A stretch of DNA of 64,000 nucleotides from Eledone cirrhosa (lineage: Eukaryota). Position 1 is the stretch's first letter. Every line of letters begins with the position of its first letter. The stretch lies in contig OZ024748.1 in NCBI GenBank assembly GCA_964016885.1, positions 31,806,001-31,870,000 of the forward strand, given 5' to 3'. The notes beneath the pieces were generated by a model. The model was not told the DNA's origin, searched no databases, and saw nothing but the letters and a program-made list of their open reading frames with translations. Positions 1-16,749 of the stretch are shown here, one piece after another. The position numbers and the translations under genes were made by a program.

Positions 1-279
1 CAAACAAAAAACAAAATTATTCAACAAGACTTATTTAGCAGAAATCATTTAAAAGATTTAGGGGACCCTGTTGTTCTACAGATGCTCTAATATTTAGTAT
101 AGAAGTTTATCTAGCGTAAAATTTATTCAATAGATTGGGAGCATCTACATTTTAGGGTAGTTTAATTACATCATTAGTATATATCTATGAAGAAGGTTTA
201 AAAAAGAAAAAGTTGAAGGAATCGAAAGATTTATCGTCAGGTTTCATAATTAATTAAATAAATAACTTAACTAAATATA

Positions 280-1223
280 CTACATTTTAAATTTATATTT
301 ATATTTAAACGTTGAGTTCAATCTATGTCTGCAGCAACTGAATAAATTGGTCCTTAGATTAAGGGAATTTTTAGATTTTAATATAAAGAATATCTCCTCC
401 ACGCAGAGGTCACATGTCTCAGATGAGGAATTAAAAGGAATCCCTCTTGAGACTATATTCCAAAACAACGAATATCCAACGTTATCATGTTTAAGTTGCC
501 AGAGTAAGCCTGATAGTGAAGTTGAAGATTTTTTGCCTGGATCTGTGAAAGAATTCTTATGATTATTATAGCGAAGTTTAAATTCTGTCGAGCTGGAACC
601 AACATAGTTAAAAGAATTTAAGTCAGTTTTAACATTACAATTGTATATTATATTTTTAACTAAGCAATTGTTATTTAACGGACATTTAGATTTATTTCTA
701 CAGTTACAGTTGTTTAATTGAATATTGTTTAGGCTATTATCGGTATTTTGGCTAGGTTTTAGATTCCTATTATTTATTCTGTTAATATTTTGTGCTAAGT
801 TTTTGGTGGACGAGTAAGTTAATTTTATAGTATGTCTGATATTTATGTGTTCTAGGGAAGCGTTTGTCAAGAGCACTAAAAAATAGTTTAGCAATGTGGG
901 TTTTAATATTTTGTGAGAAAGGGGGAGCAAACCATATTATATTTCTAGTTCTATTTCTTTTCTGGCTTTTAGAATTATTGTAATGTTTTCTATTATAGTT
1001 GTTAAAGTTGTTACCGTAATTAAAATTGTTGTTATATTGGTTAGTTTGCCTATTAGTATCGATGTACATAATTTTATCACTATATCCTGCTCTAGCTAAC
1101 GCTTCATTGTAATACTGCGCTTTTTCGTCGAAAATATTTTTATTAGATGAAATTCTTGAGATACGTTCTTGAATAGAGTTCACTATAGTATGTTTAACAG
1201 ATCTGGGGTGATTAGAGTTAAAC
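280..1223 (-). pseudogene. 5'-truncated, frameshifted PLE ORF (RT thumb, CNC..CP..C linker, GIY-YIG); family A1
   Basis: ORFs 782..1183 (NIIWFAPPFS) and 280..930 (CNCRNKSKCPLNNNCL, IIY..YVG, RY.NH, CDLC) are consecutive parts homologous to the 773-aa ORF at 16750. Confidence 0.85.
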
Positions 1224-1225
1224 TA

Positions 1226-1304
1226 TCCATTTCACAAACTAAATGAAAACTTGAATTATGTCAGTTTTAACTCTAATCACCCCAGATATGTTAAACATAC
1301 TATA
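1226..1304 (+). mobile_element. Inverted 5' piece of PLE A1 (FHKLNENLNYVSFNSNHPR)
   Basis: 1266-1304 is the near-perfect reverse complement of 1183-1223, and 1231-1265 encodes the upstream thumb residues on the opposite strand. Confidence 0.8.
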
Positions 1305-1826
1305 TATATATATATTGTATATATATATATATATTGTATATATATATACATTGTGTATATACATATAGTATAGATAAATATATATATTGTATACATATTT
1401 ATATATATATATATTGTATATATATATTGTATATATATATATATAAATATGTATATATATATGGTATATATATATATATATTGTATATATATATATTGTA
1501 TATATATATACATTGTGTATATATATATAGTATAGATATATATATATATTGTATACATATTTATATATATATATTGTATATATATATTGTATATATATAT
1601 ATAGTATAGATATATATATATATTGTATACATATTTATATATATATATTGTATATATATATTGTATATATATATATATATATATATAAATATTGTATATA
1701 TATATATATAGTATATATATATATTTATTGTATATATATATATAATATATATATTGTATATATATATATTGTATTAATTGTATATATATATATTGTATAT
1801 ATATTGTATATATATATTGTATATAT

Positions 1827-1911
<85 letters not shown>

Positions 1912-2141
1912 CTATATATATATATATATATACTATATATACATATTGTTTATATATATATATTGTATATATATATATATGGTATATATATATATTGTAT
2001 ATATATATATTGTATATATATATATATATTGTATATAGATATATATTGTATATATATATATATATTGTATATATATATTGTATATATATATATATATATA
2101 TTGTATATATATATATATATATATATTGTATATATATATAT

Positions 2142-2172
<31 letters not shown>

Positions 2173-2345
2173 TGTATATATATATATATATTGTATATAT
2201 ATATTGTATATATATATTTTATATATACATTGTATATATATATATATTGTATATATATATTGTATATATACATTGTGTATATATATAGTATATATATATT
2301 GTATACATATTTATATATATATTGTATATCTAAATATATATATTG

Positions 2346-2391
<46 letters not shown>

Positions 2392-2790
2392 ATAAATATT
2401 TTAAATATATATATATTGTATATATATATATTTATTGTATATATATATATATTGTATATATTGTATATATATATATTTTATATATATATATATATATTGT
2501 ATATATATATATATTGTATATATATATATATATTGTATATAGATATATATTGTATATATATGTATATATTTTATATATATATTGTATATATATATATATA
2601 TATATATTGTATATATATATATATATATATATTGTATATATATATATATTGTATATATATATTGTATATATATATATATTGTATATATATATTGTATATA
2701 TATTGTATATATACATTGTGTATATATATAGTATATATATATATATATTGTATACGTATTTATATATATATTGTATATCTAAATATATAT

Positions 2791-2856
<66 letters not shown>

Positions 2857-3093
2857 ATATATATATAAATATTTTAAATATATATATATATAGTATATAT
2901 ATATATTTATTGTATATATATATATATTGTATATATTGTATATATATATATATTTTATATATATATATATATATTGTATTAATTGTTTATATATATATTG
3001 TATATATATATATATATATATTGTATTAATTGTATATATATTGTATATATTAATATATATATATATATATATATATACTATATATATATATAT

Positions 3094-3127
<34 letters not shown>

Positions 3128-3465
3128 TATATATTGTATATATATATATATATATATTGTATATATATATATATATTGTATATATATTGTATACATATAT
3201 ATATATAAATATTGTATACATATATATATATATATATATTGTATATATATATATTGTATACATATATATATTTATTATATATATATATATATATATATTG
3301 TATATATATATATAGTATATATGTATATATTGTATATATATATATATATTGTATATATATATATATATATATATATTGTATATATATATATTGTATATAT
3401 ATATATATATATATTGTATTTATATATATATATTGTATATATATAAATATTTTATATATATATAT

Positions 3466-3503
<38 letters not shown>

Positions 3504-3921
3504 ATATATATATATATTGTATATATATATATATATATTGTATATATATATATATATTGTATATATATATATATATTGTATATATATATATATGTATATA
3601 TATATATTATATATATATATATATATATTGTATATATATTGTATATATATATTGTATATATATATTGTATATCTATATTTGATATATACATTGTGTATAT
3701 ATATATAGTATAGATATATATATATATTGTATACATATTTATATATATATATTGTATATATATATATTGTATATATATATATACAATATATATATAAATA
3801 TTGTATATATATATATATAGTATATATATATATATTTATTGTATATATATATATATTATATATATTGTATATATATATATTTTATATATATATATATATT
3901 GTATTAATTGTTTATATATAT

Positions 3922-3956
<35 letters not shown>

Positions 3957-4002
3957 TATATATATATATTGTATATATATATATACAATATATATATATA
4001 TA

Positions 4003-4048
<46 letters not shown>

Positions 4049-4636
4049 TATATATATATAAACAATTAATAATATATATAAACAATTAATATATATATAT
4101 TGTGTATATATATATATATATATACTATATATATATATATTGTGTATATATATATATTGTATATATATTGTATATATATATGTATTTTGTATATAAATAT
4201 ATTATATATATATATAGTTTGTGTATATATATATATATATATATATTGTATATATATATATTGTATATATATATATATATTGTACATATATATATATCGT
4301 ATATATAAATATATATATTGTATATATATATATATATTGTATATATATATTGTATATATATATATATTGTATATATATATTGTATATATATATTGTATAT
4401 ATATATTGTGTATATATATATAGTATATATATATATTGTATACATATATATATATATTGTATATATAAATATATATATTGTATATATATTTATAGATATA
4501 TATATTGTATATATATATATATATTGTATATATATATATATATTGCATATATATATTGTATATATATAAATATATTGTATATATATATTGTATATATATA
4601 TATATATATGTTGTATATATATATATATATATATAT

Positions 4637-4671
<35 letters not shown>

Positions 4672-4724
4672 TATATATATATTGTATATATATATATATA
4701 TATTGTATATATATATATATATTG

Positions 4725-4758
<34 letters not shown>

Positions 4759-4899
4759 ATATATTGTTTATATATATATATATTGTATATATATATATAT
4801 TGTATATATATATATATTGTATACATATATATATATAAATATTGTATACATATATATATATATTGTATATATATATATATATTTTGTATACATATATAT

Positions 4900-4947
<48 letters not shown>

Positions 4948-5014
4948 ATATATATATATTATATATATATATATATATATTGTATATATATATATTGTAT
5001 ATATATATATATAT

Positions 5015-5045
<31 letters not shown>

Positions 5046-5059
5046 TGTATATATTGTAT

Positions 5060-5091
<32 letters not shown>

Positions 5092-5241
5092 TGTATATAT
5101 ATGTATATATATTGTATTTATATATATATAATGTATATATATATATATATATAGTATATATATATATATATTGTAAATATATATATATATTGTATATTTA
5201 TATATATATATTGTATATATATATATATTGTATATATATAT

Positions 5242-5285
<44 letters not shown>

Positions 5286-5703
5286 TATATTGTATATATA
5301 TATAAATATTTTAAATATATATATATATAGTATATATATATATTTATTGTATATATATATATATTGTATATATTGTATATATATATATTTTATATATATA
5401 TGTATATATTGTATTAATTGTTTATATATATATTGTATATATATATATATATATTGTATTAATTGTATATATATTGTATATATTAATATATATATATATA
5501 TATATATACTATATATATATATATATTGTATATATATATATATATAGATAGATATATATTGTATATATATATATATATATATATTGTATATATATATATA
5601 TATATTGTATATATATTGTATACATATATATATATAAATATTGTATACATATATATATATATATATATTGTATATATATATATTGTATACATATATATAT
5701 TTA

Positions 5704-5734
<31 letters not shown>

Positions 5735-5782
5735 ATATATATATATATAGTATATATATATATATTGTATATATATATATAT

Positions 5783-5820
<38 letters not shown>

Positions 5821-5904
5821 ATATATATATATTGTATATATATATATATATATTGTATTTATATATATATATTGTATATATATAAATATTTTATATATAT
5901 ATAT

Positions 5905-5946
<42 letters not shown>

Positions 5947-6372
5947 ATATATATATATATATATTGTATATATATATATATATATATATATTGTATATAT
6001 ATATATATATTGTATATATATATATATATTGTATATATATATATATGTATATATATATATTATATATATATATATTGTATATATATTGTATATATATATA
6101 TATTGTATATATATATTGTATATCTATATTTGATATATACATTGTGTATATATATATAGTATAGATATATATATATATTGTATACATATTTATATATATA
6201 TATTGTATATATATATATTGTATATATATATATACAATATATATATAAATATTGTATATATATATATATAGTATATATATATATATTTATTGTATATATA
6301 TATATATTATATATATTGTATATATATATATTTTATATATATATATATATTGTATTAATTGTTTATATATAT

Positions 6373-6411
<39 letters not shown>

Positions 6412-6457
6412 TATATATATATTTTGTATATATATATATACAATATATATATATATA

Positions 6458-6521
<64 letters not shown>

Positions 6522-6590
6522 TATATATATAAACAATTAATAATATATATATATATATAAACAATTAATATATATATATTGTGTATATAT
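1305..6590. repeat. (TA)n-TTG compound satellite with ~2.45-kb higher-order duplication
   Basis: TA runs punctuated by ttg; rare landmarks recur, e.g. atctatatttgatatatacattgtg at ~3670 and ~6122. Confidence 0.9.
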
Positions 6591-6697
6591 GATGGCTGCC
6601 CCCTCGTTATCGAGTATGGCCATTGCACAATAAAAAAAAAAAATAAATAAAAAAAAAAATAAAAAAAAAAATAAAAAAAATAAAAAATTAAAAAAAA

Positions 6698-6762
<65 letters not shown>

Positions 6763-6934
6763 TTAAAAAAAAAAAGGGAAAAGATATATATATATATATA
6801 TACACACATATATATACATATATATATATATACACATATATATACACACACACATACATACACATACATACATATATACACACACGCATACATACACATA
6901 CACTCACACATATATACACACATACATTAATAAC

Positions 6935-6983
<49 letters not shown>

Positions 6984-7064
6984 GCAATAATAATAATAAC
7001 GACAACAACAATAATAATATACATATTCATATATATATATACACACACACGCACGCACATAAGC

Positions 7065-7102
<38 letters not shown>

Positions 7103-10100
7103 GATAGCAACTAACAGTGCTGCGATCGAATGTGGCTTTTTAGCCCAGCCAATGATCTAAAATGTCTTGCACAGAGTCGGCAACCAAAGCATTTACTGGG
7201 AATAGTCGGCTGTGGTTGGAGTTCGTGTACTTTTGCATGTCGCTTGAGTCCTCCTGCTGATTTACATTCTCTACCACATGTTTGGCAAGCATGATGAGTA
7301 GCATCTCCAACAGCAGCCTGGTAGTCAACCACTGGTCTTACTTTATGACTGCGAAGATGACTTTCGAGTCCAGCTTTGCTTAGGCAGAGTCTCGCACAGA
7401 CGCTGCATGTCAGAAACATAGGAGGACCCTCGCCGTCTGGAAGTGCAACAGCAATACCCTTCCTCACGTCCCGCTTTACTTTCTCGTGTGCGATTCGAGA
7501 TGCCTCAAAGGCAACTTTTCCCTCATATACAGTCTTTCTCCATTTATTACGATCAGCAGCAATATTTTCCCATGTATCAGCAGAGATGTTAGCGTCTTTC
7601 AGAGAGGCCTTCAAGGAATCCTTATACCTCTTTTTTGGTTTATGTGGCGGTCGTTTTCCTTTAACCAACTCTCCATAGAAGAGTTGTTTTGGTATTCTAG
7701 AATCCTTCATCCTGGCAAGGTGACCACTCCAACGGAGTCGCTGCTTAAGCACAAGAGCTTCTATACTGTCACACATAGAGCTTTCCAAAATCTCGACATC
7801 ACTGATGTGGTCCCTCCAGTGAACGCCATGTATCCGTCTGAGACACATCTGATGGAAACGCTCCAATTGCTTAAGGTGGCGTCGATATGTGACCCAGGTC
7901 TCGCAGGCATAAAGAAGACAAGAGAGTACACATGCCCTGTACACCTTTACCTTTGTCCTCCTGCATATGTCTCGCCGACCCCAGAGTCGCCTTTCTAGCT
8001 TTCCGAAAGCATCACTTGCTTTCCTAATCCTAAGTGAGATTTCACTGTCAAGGTTGCCGTATCGATTGACAGTGCTTCCCAGGTAGACAAACTGATCAAC
8101 CACTCCAAGTCGTTCGCCATACACATAGATGTTTGGTTCAGTGTACTGCCTACCAGGTGCAGGTTGGTACATGACGACGGTTTTCTTGAGACTGACAGTC
8201 AAACCCAGGGCAGTGCAAGCGTCAGAAAATACATTCAAAATGTGCTGCATATCACTCTCTGTGTGCGCTACAAGATCGCAATCATCTGCATACAAGAGGT
8301 CTCTTATGACTGATGTAAATACCTTTGTCTTCGCAGCAAAGCGCCTGATGTTAAATATGCTGCCTGAGGTTCGATATCGGATGTAAACACCATGCTCGCA
8401 ATTCCTGAATGCAATACAGAAAACCATTGCAAAGTATATGGCAAACAGGGTCGGTGCTGGAATATCCCCCTGTTTCACTCCATTTTTTACTGAGATAGGC
8501 TCCGACATGTTACCTCCGACATTAACCCAAGCCTTCATGTCGTCATGGAAAGACCTAACTAAAGCAAGGAACTTATCAGGGCAACCAAGTTTCTGGAGAA
8601 CCTTCCATAATGCATCTCTGTTGACAGTATCGAAAGCCTTTGTCAGATCGACAAAAACCTGATACAGATCCAAGCCCTGTTCAATGCACTTCTCCTGGAG
8701 CTGTCCAGCTGAGAAGATCATATCAGTAGTGCCGCGTCCAACACGAAAACCAGATTGACTTTCAGGAAGGACACAATCTGCAATGTGTGTCAGCAGACGG
8801 TCCAGAAGCACCCTACATAAAACTTTCCCCACGACAGAAAGCAATGATATACCTCTGTAGTTCCCACAATCATTCCTGTTACCCTTTCCCTTGTACAAGA
8901 CCACCATTACTGCATCTCTCCAGTCCTCAGGCACGGATTCATTAGCCCATATCCTTCCAAACAGAGAGTGAAGATGTTGCAGGAGTCTCTCACCACCATA
9001 TTGTAGGAGCTCAGCATGTATGCCATCCATACCTGGAGATCTTCCACTGTTCAGCTTCGAAATAGCCACTGCAACCTCCACAAGTGTCGGAGGTTCTGCG
9101 AGAGCTACTTTCACAGGACTTTCCGGAATGAGATTGAGGAAATCTTCACTGACGACAGACGGCTGATTCAAAAGATCATCAAAGTGCTCTCGCCACCTTC
9201 GTAGAATTCCCTGTGAGTCACGAAGAAGTTCTTTGCCATCCCTGCTGCGAATCGGTGTCACCAGAGAAGAAGACGGTCCATAAACCTCACGCAAGAGACT
9301 GTACAACAGCTTTGTGTTATTGCAATCAGACGCAGTTTGTATCTCACCAGCCTTCTCACTCCACCACTGATCCTTCATCTGAGAAAGACTCCGCCTAACA
9401 CGTGATTTTACATCCCTGAGCTCCTCATGCAACGTATTCCTCTCCTGTGGTTTTGCCGTCAAGTAGCGTGACAGAGCGCGCCTCCTATCAGCCAACAAGT
9501 CATCTATATGCACATCTTTCTCATTAAACCAGTCCTGATGTTTTCTCTGCACCAATCCCAGAACACGTCTGCCTACATCATAAACCGACTTTTTAAGGGT
9601 CGGCCAATCCTCACCAAGATCTGCAGCCTGCATCTCTTCTTCCAATGTCCTCTTCACATTTTTATCCTTAAGACGAGCAGCATTCAATCTTTTGGGCAGG
9701 GTAACACCAGGAGCCCGGATTTTACGTTTGGTGATTAGATTCACTTTTGCGCGTACCAGGCGGTGGTCCGTCCAGCACTCAGCTCCACGAAGAACACGAA
9801 CACACTGCACATCCTGTCTGTCACGCATCCTGACTAGGACGTAGTCCAAAAGATGCCATTCCTTAGATGCAGGATGCATCCATGTGGTCTTGAATTTGTT
9901 CTTTTGTTGGAACATGGTGTTGGTAACACACAGATCCAGCTCCTCACACATCTGCAGCAAGAGCATACCATTGCTGTTACACTTTCCCACCCCATGCCTT
10001 CCGATTACATTCCATGTGTTAAAATCCCTACCCACTCTAGCATTAAAGTCACCAAGCACGATGACTTTGTCTGCCTGAGGGATATTTCTTAAAACACCTT

Positions 10101-10142
10101 TCAAGGCATGGTAAAAGGACAGTTTTTCTTCATCGACAGAAA
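6591..10142 (-). mobile_element. 5'-truncated RTE-clade LINE with 11-bp TSD (tgtgtatatat, 6580-6590 / 10143-10153)
   Basis: APE+RT ORF; 3' UTR with (GT)n, (ATT)n and poly-T ending ...gggggcagccatc; the satellite resumes in register on both sides. Confidence 0.9.
7111..10140 (-). CDS. RTE ORF: partial APE endonuclease, RT, three C-terminal C2H2 zinc fingers
   Basis: GDFNARVG, LDY, TDH (APE); QSGFR, FVDLTKAFDTV, GVKQG, LLYADD (RT); CxxC..H..H x3. The N-terminal YI part of the track ORF is satellite. Confidence 0.92.
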   Translation of the reverse strand, partial: SVDEEKLSFYHALKGVLRNIPQADKVIVLGDFNARVGRDFNTWNVIGRHGVGKCNSNGMLLLQMCEELDLCVTNTMFQQKNKFKTTWMHPASKEWHLLDYVLVRMRDRQDVQCVRVLRGAECWTDHRLVRAKVNLITKRKIRAPGVTLPKRLNAARLKDKNVKRTLEEEMQAADLGEDWPTLKKSVYDVGRRVLGLVQRKHQDWFNEKDVHIDDLLADRRRALSRYLTAKPQERNTLHEELRDVKSRVRRSLSQMKDQWWSEKAGEIQTASDCNNTKLLYSLLREVYGPSSSLVTPIRSRDGKELLRDSQGILRRWREHFDDLLNQPSVVSEDFLNLIPESPVKVALAEPPTLVEVAVAISKLNSGRSPGMDGIHAELLQYGGERLLQHLHSLFGRIWANESVPEDWRDAVMVVLYKGKGNRNDCGNYRGISLLSVVGKVLCRVLLDRLLTHIADCVLPESQSGFRVGRGTTDMIFSAGQLQEKCIEQGLDLYQVFVDLTKAFDTVNRDALWKVLQKLGCPDKFLALVRSFHDDMKAWVNVGGNMSEPISVKNGVKQGDIPAPTLFAIYFAMVFCIAFRNCEHGVYIRYRTSGSIFNIRRFAAKTKVFTSVIRDLLYADDCDLVAHTESDMQHILNVFSDACTALGLTVSLKKTVVMYQPAPGRQYTEPNIYVYGERLGVVDQFVYLGSTVNRYGNLDSEISLRIRKASDAFGKLERRLWGRRDICRRTKVKVYRACVLSCLLYACETWVTYRRHLKQLERFHQMCLRRIHGVHWRDHISDVEILESSMCDSIEALVLKQRLRWSGHLARMKDSRIPKQLFYGELVKGKRPPHKPKKRYKDSLKASLKDANISADTWENIAADRNKWRKTVYEGKVAFEASRIAHEKVKRDVRKGIAVALPDGEGPPMFLTCSVCARLCLSKAGLESHLRSHKVRPVVDYQAAVGDATHHACQTCGRECKSAGGLKRHAKVHELQPQPTIPSKCFGCRLCARHFRSLAGLKSHIRSQHC

Positions 10143-13261
<3,119 letters not shown>

Positions 13262-14954
13262 TCAAATCAGTTCCCCGGAGTATTTCTCTTAGAATCTCTC
13301 GCCTATCGTCTAACTCTGATATTTTTAGTGAACATGCTGAATACTACAATAATGCATTAAGGAATGCTGACCACCGGGATACAATAGAATACATCGATTG
13401 GAATTTCCACAACACACATAGCTCTATACGTAATCAAGCTATACGTAACCGGGGGACTAAAACACAAGCACACACACACGGTACTACCAGACATACTAAT
13501 AATAGAAGATCACCACCAAATAAATCACGTTGTAGAAAGTATATCTGGTACAATCCTATTTTTAATGCCTCGATTAGTACAAAACTATCTCTTTCATTCT
13601 TTAAATTAATCAATAAACACTTCCCTAGTTCCCATAATTACAGCAAAATTCTGAACTCTAAAACTATTAGACTATCATACTCCACGGCACCAAACCTTGA
13701 AGCATACATAAAAAAACTTAACTTAAGGCAATTAAACAACTCTACAAAACAAAACATTTTAGTAACAGATGGGCAGAACGCAATATCTGCCTCCCAACCA
13801 CTAAATGGGAGACGGGTATTGCACAACCCACCTGTACCGCTATCACAACCTATCCATGGTATACCCGCTACCCACAACAATGAATGTAACTGCCATCTAC
13901 CTGAAAGATGTCCATTGCAGAATGAATGCCTAAAGTCCAACATTGTTTACCAATGCACGGTTGAATCGAACGACCAGAAATGGTATTATATCGGATCTAC
14001 CACCACATCGTTTAAATCTCGCTGGTACCGTCATCGATTCTCAATCAAACATCCGAATCACCGTTTTGTGACCACGCTCGCCAACAAGACCCGCCAACAA
14101 CACAACCAACATTTCACCTTAAAATGGGATATACTTTCCAGCGCAAATGCATATCGGAGTGGATTGAAGTACTGCAGGTTATGTAACCTTGAGCTATTTT
14201 ACATACTAAAATCCAAAAACAAACTACTTAACGATAGAATCGAACGATCATTATACTGCAACCACAAACTAAAAGCTAAATTCTCTCACTATAAAATAAC
14301 TTAACATTCGAACCCGTAACTACAACACCACTTTCTAGCTAACAACCTTCTCTTCCCCCCACACTACAAGATAATACACTGCTTATCACTATACATGGTA
14401 ACTCAGTACAATTCCTAGATTACTACTACAAAACCAAAAGTTCACTCACCACACATACTTTATCTGTCCCCTCTCTACCTATATATCTCTCTCTATATCC
14501 ATTACACTCTCTCTCTCTCTCACCTTTGACCTACCTCCCTCTCAACATCTATGAACCTGCCCTCTGGGGCAATAAATAATTCCGACCTCAACTATCTACG
14601 CATCTCTCCAAAAGTAACCAATAAAACCCCTACCATAACATTTTGATTAAGATATCTACAAGCCACTCTCTCCTACTTCTCCAACCCCTGCATATCTTTC
14701 CTTCTCTCTCCCTCTTCCCTACTTTTCTCTCTTCCTGTTCCACTCTATCTTCCCCAACAACCCCACTTAAGGGTTTTTACATTGTACATTTACCATTCTG
14801 CTCTGAGGAAACAGTGGTCACAGCATTGGATATTCGAGTTCTGCAAGTACTTGTGAATTTGCACGTAGCGGAACTAGGCTGCAGTACCACCGTGGAAACA
14901 CTTGTAAGCACACGGAATAAGTTACCTTTTTCTGATGTCTACCTGTTATTATTC

Positions 14955-14960
<6 letters not shown>
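13262..14960 (+). mobile_element. 5'-truncated PLE (family A2, related to B): decayed thumb, GIY-YIG ORF 13819..14304, 3' UTR with HHR
   Basis: [46 protein letters not shown]; flanked by TA. Confidence 0.85.
14799..14910 (+). ncRNA. Type I hammerhead ribozyme with ~85-nt stem II
   Basis: tgct-CTGAGGA(14803)-[gtggt..accac]-GAAA(14895)-cacttg-TA-agca. Confidence 0.7.
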
Positions 14961-15022
<62 letters not shown>

Positions 15023-15024
<2 letters not shown>

Positions 15025-15537
15025 GATAAATCTACCAAGAGTTTACGGTAGTGTCCAATCCGTATGAAGAACTCAATGTATTCCGGATATCATGGAAAGA
15101 AGAGATGTAATGAAAAATCACTTTCGGTGAAAGATAAACGGTATACAGAGTCAAGATAAAATATTAAACAAATAATGAATAAACAATTCCTTATATTAAA
15201 CAAAAAAAGTTCATTATTTAACGATCGTTTCTAGGATATATATGTGTTAGAATTGGCATGCATATTCAACAGATCTATGTACAAAATTATACAAAATTAT
15301 ACAAACTATCAAGATTAACGTCTTCAGAAATAATTATTTCTGAAGACGGCGTATATATGTGTTGGTATGTATATTTAATCTTGATAGTTTGTATAATTTT
15401 GTATAATTTTGTACATAGATCTGTTGAATATGCATGCCAATTCTAACACATATATATCCTAGAAACGATCGTTAAATAATGAACTTTTTTTGTTTAATAT
15501 AAGGAATTGTTTATTCATTATTTGTTTAATATTTTAT
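15023..15537. mobile_element. Fold-back (inverted) PLE pseudo-LTR pair, non-coding
   Basis: ~15156-15318 is the reverse complement of ~15375-15537; inner palindrome cgtcttcagaaataattatttctgaagacg. Confidence 0.8.
15333..15480 (+). ncRNA. Type I HHR with ~115-nt rod-like stem II
   Basis: attattt-CTGAAGA(15340)-long hairpin-GAAA(15462)-cgatcg-TT-aaataat; 7-bp stem I, palindromic stem III. Confidence 0.7.
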
Positions 15538-16182
<645 letters not shown>

Positions 16183-16310
16183 GAGACCCTCCATCTCAAC
16201 TCACCTTTTGAAAAGCAGAAGAACTGCGAAACCGGTAAAGGAACCAAATAAATATATATATTTTTAAAAAAAATAAGACTTCAGTTGCATTTTCGATTTC
16301 ATCTCTTTTT

Positions 16311-16346
<36 letters not shown>

Positions 16347-16390
16347 AAAAAGAGATGAAATCGAAAATGCAACTGAAGTCTTATTTTTTT
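16183..16390. repeat. Fragments of unclassified repeat X: forward 16183-16316, inverted 16341-16390
   Basis: Matches 20206-20565 and 60566-60780. Confidence 0.75.
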
Positions 16391-16428
16391 AATATTCTCT
16401 ATAAAAACTAAATAGGTCCTCAGTAATA

Positions 16429-16545
16429 TTATTCTGATGAAATGACAGTAAATAATAACATTGAAATATTGAATGTCTGCATAACTAAAAGTTTGTAGAT
16501 AGCTGTTTTAGGTTATGTAACTGTTATAGAAACACGTGTCAATAA
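16429..16545 (+). ncRNA. Type I HHR with ~88-nt branched stem II (5' pLTR)
   Basis: ttatt-CTGATGA(16434)-[atgacagt..actgttat]-GAAA(16529)-cacgtg-TC-aataa. Confidence 0.75.
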
Positions 16546-16749
16546 ATTCCTTTCAACTAAACTGTATCCATTCAAATCTTTCTATTTTTCTCCGGATTAC
16601 TTTTGGAACTACAACTGGAACCGTCGAGCAAACTCTACGTGAGCTGATAATCTACTGTGTGTAATATTTATATTACAACACAACGGAAAATACTGTATAT
16701 TTACCACCTGTAAAGTCGAGCAACCCACACAGCAAACGCAACCACAACA

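Noticed and set aside
16442-16475. SECIS-like ATGA..AA..GA in the stem II insert (selenoprotein PLEs are known)
   Set aside because: Spacing is too short and the 773-aa ORF has no in-frame TGA
16434-16475. Short HHR using the first GAAA (aatg/catt stem II)
   Set aside because: No stem I partner; the distal GAAAcacgtgTC-aataa closes all three stems
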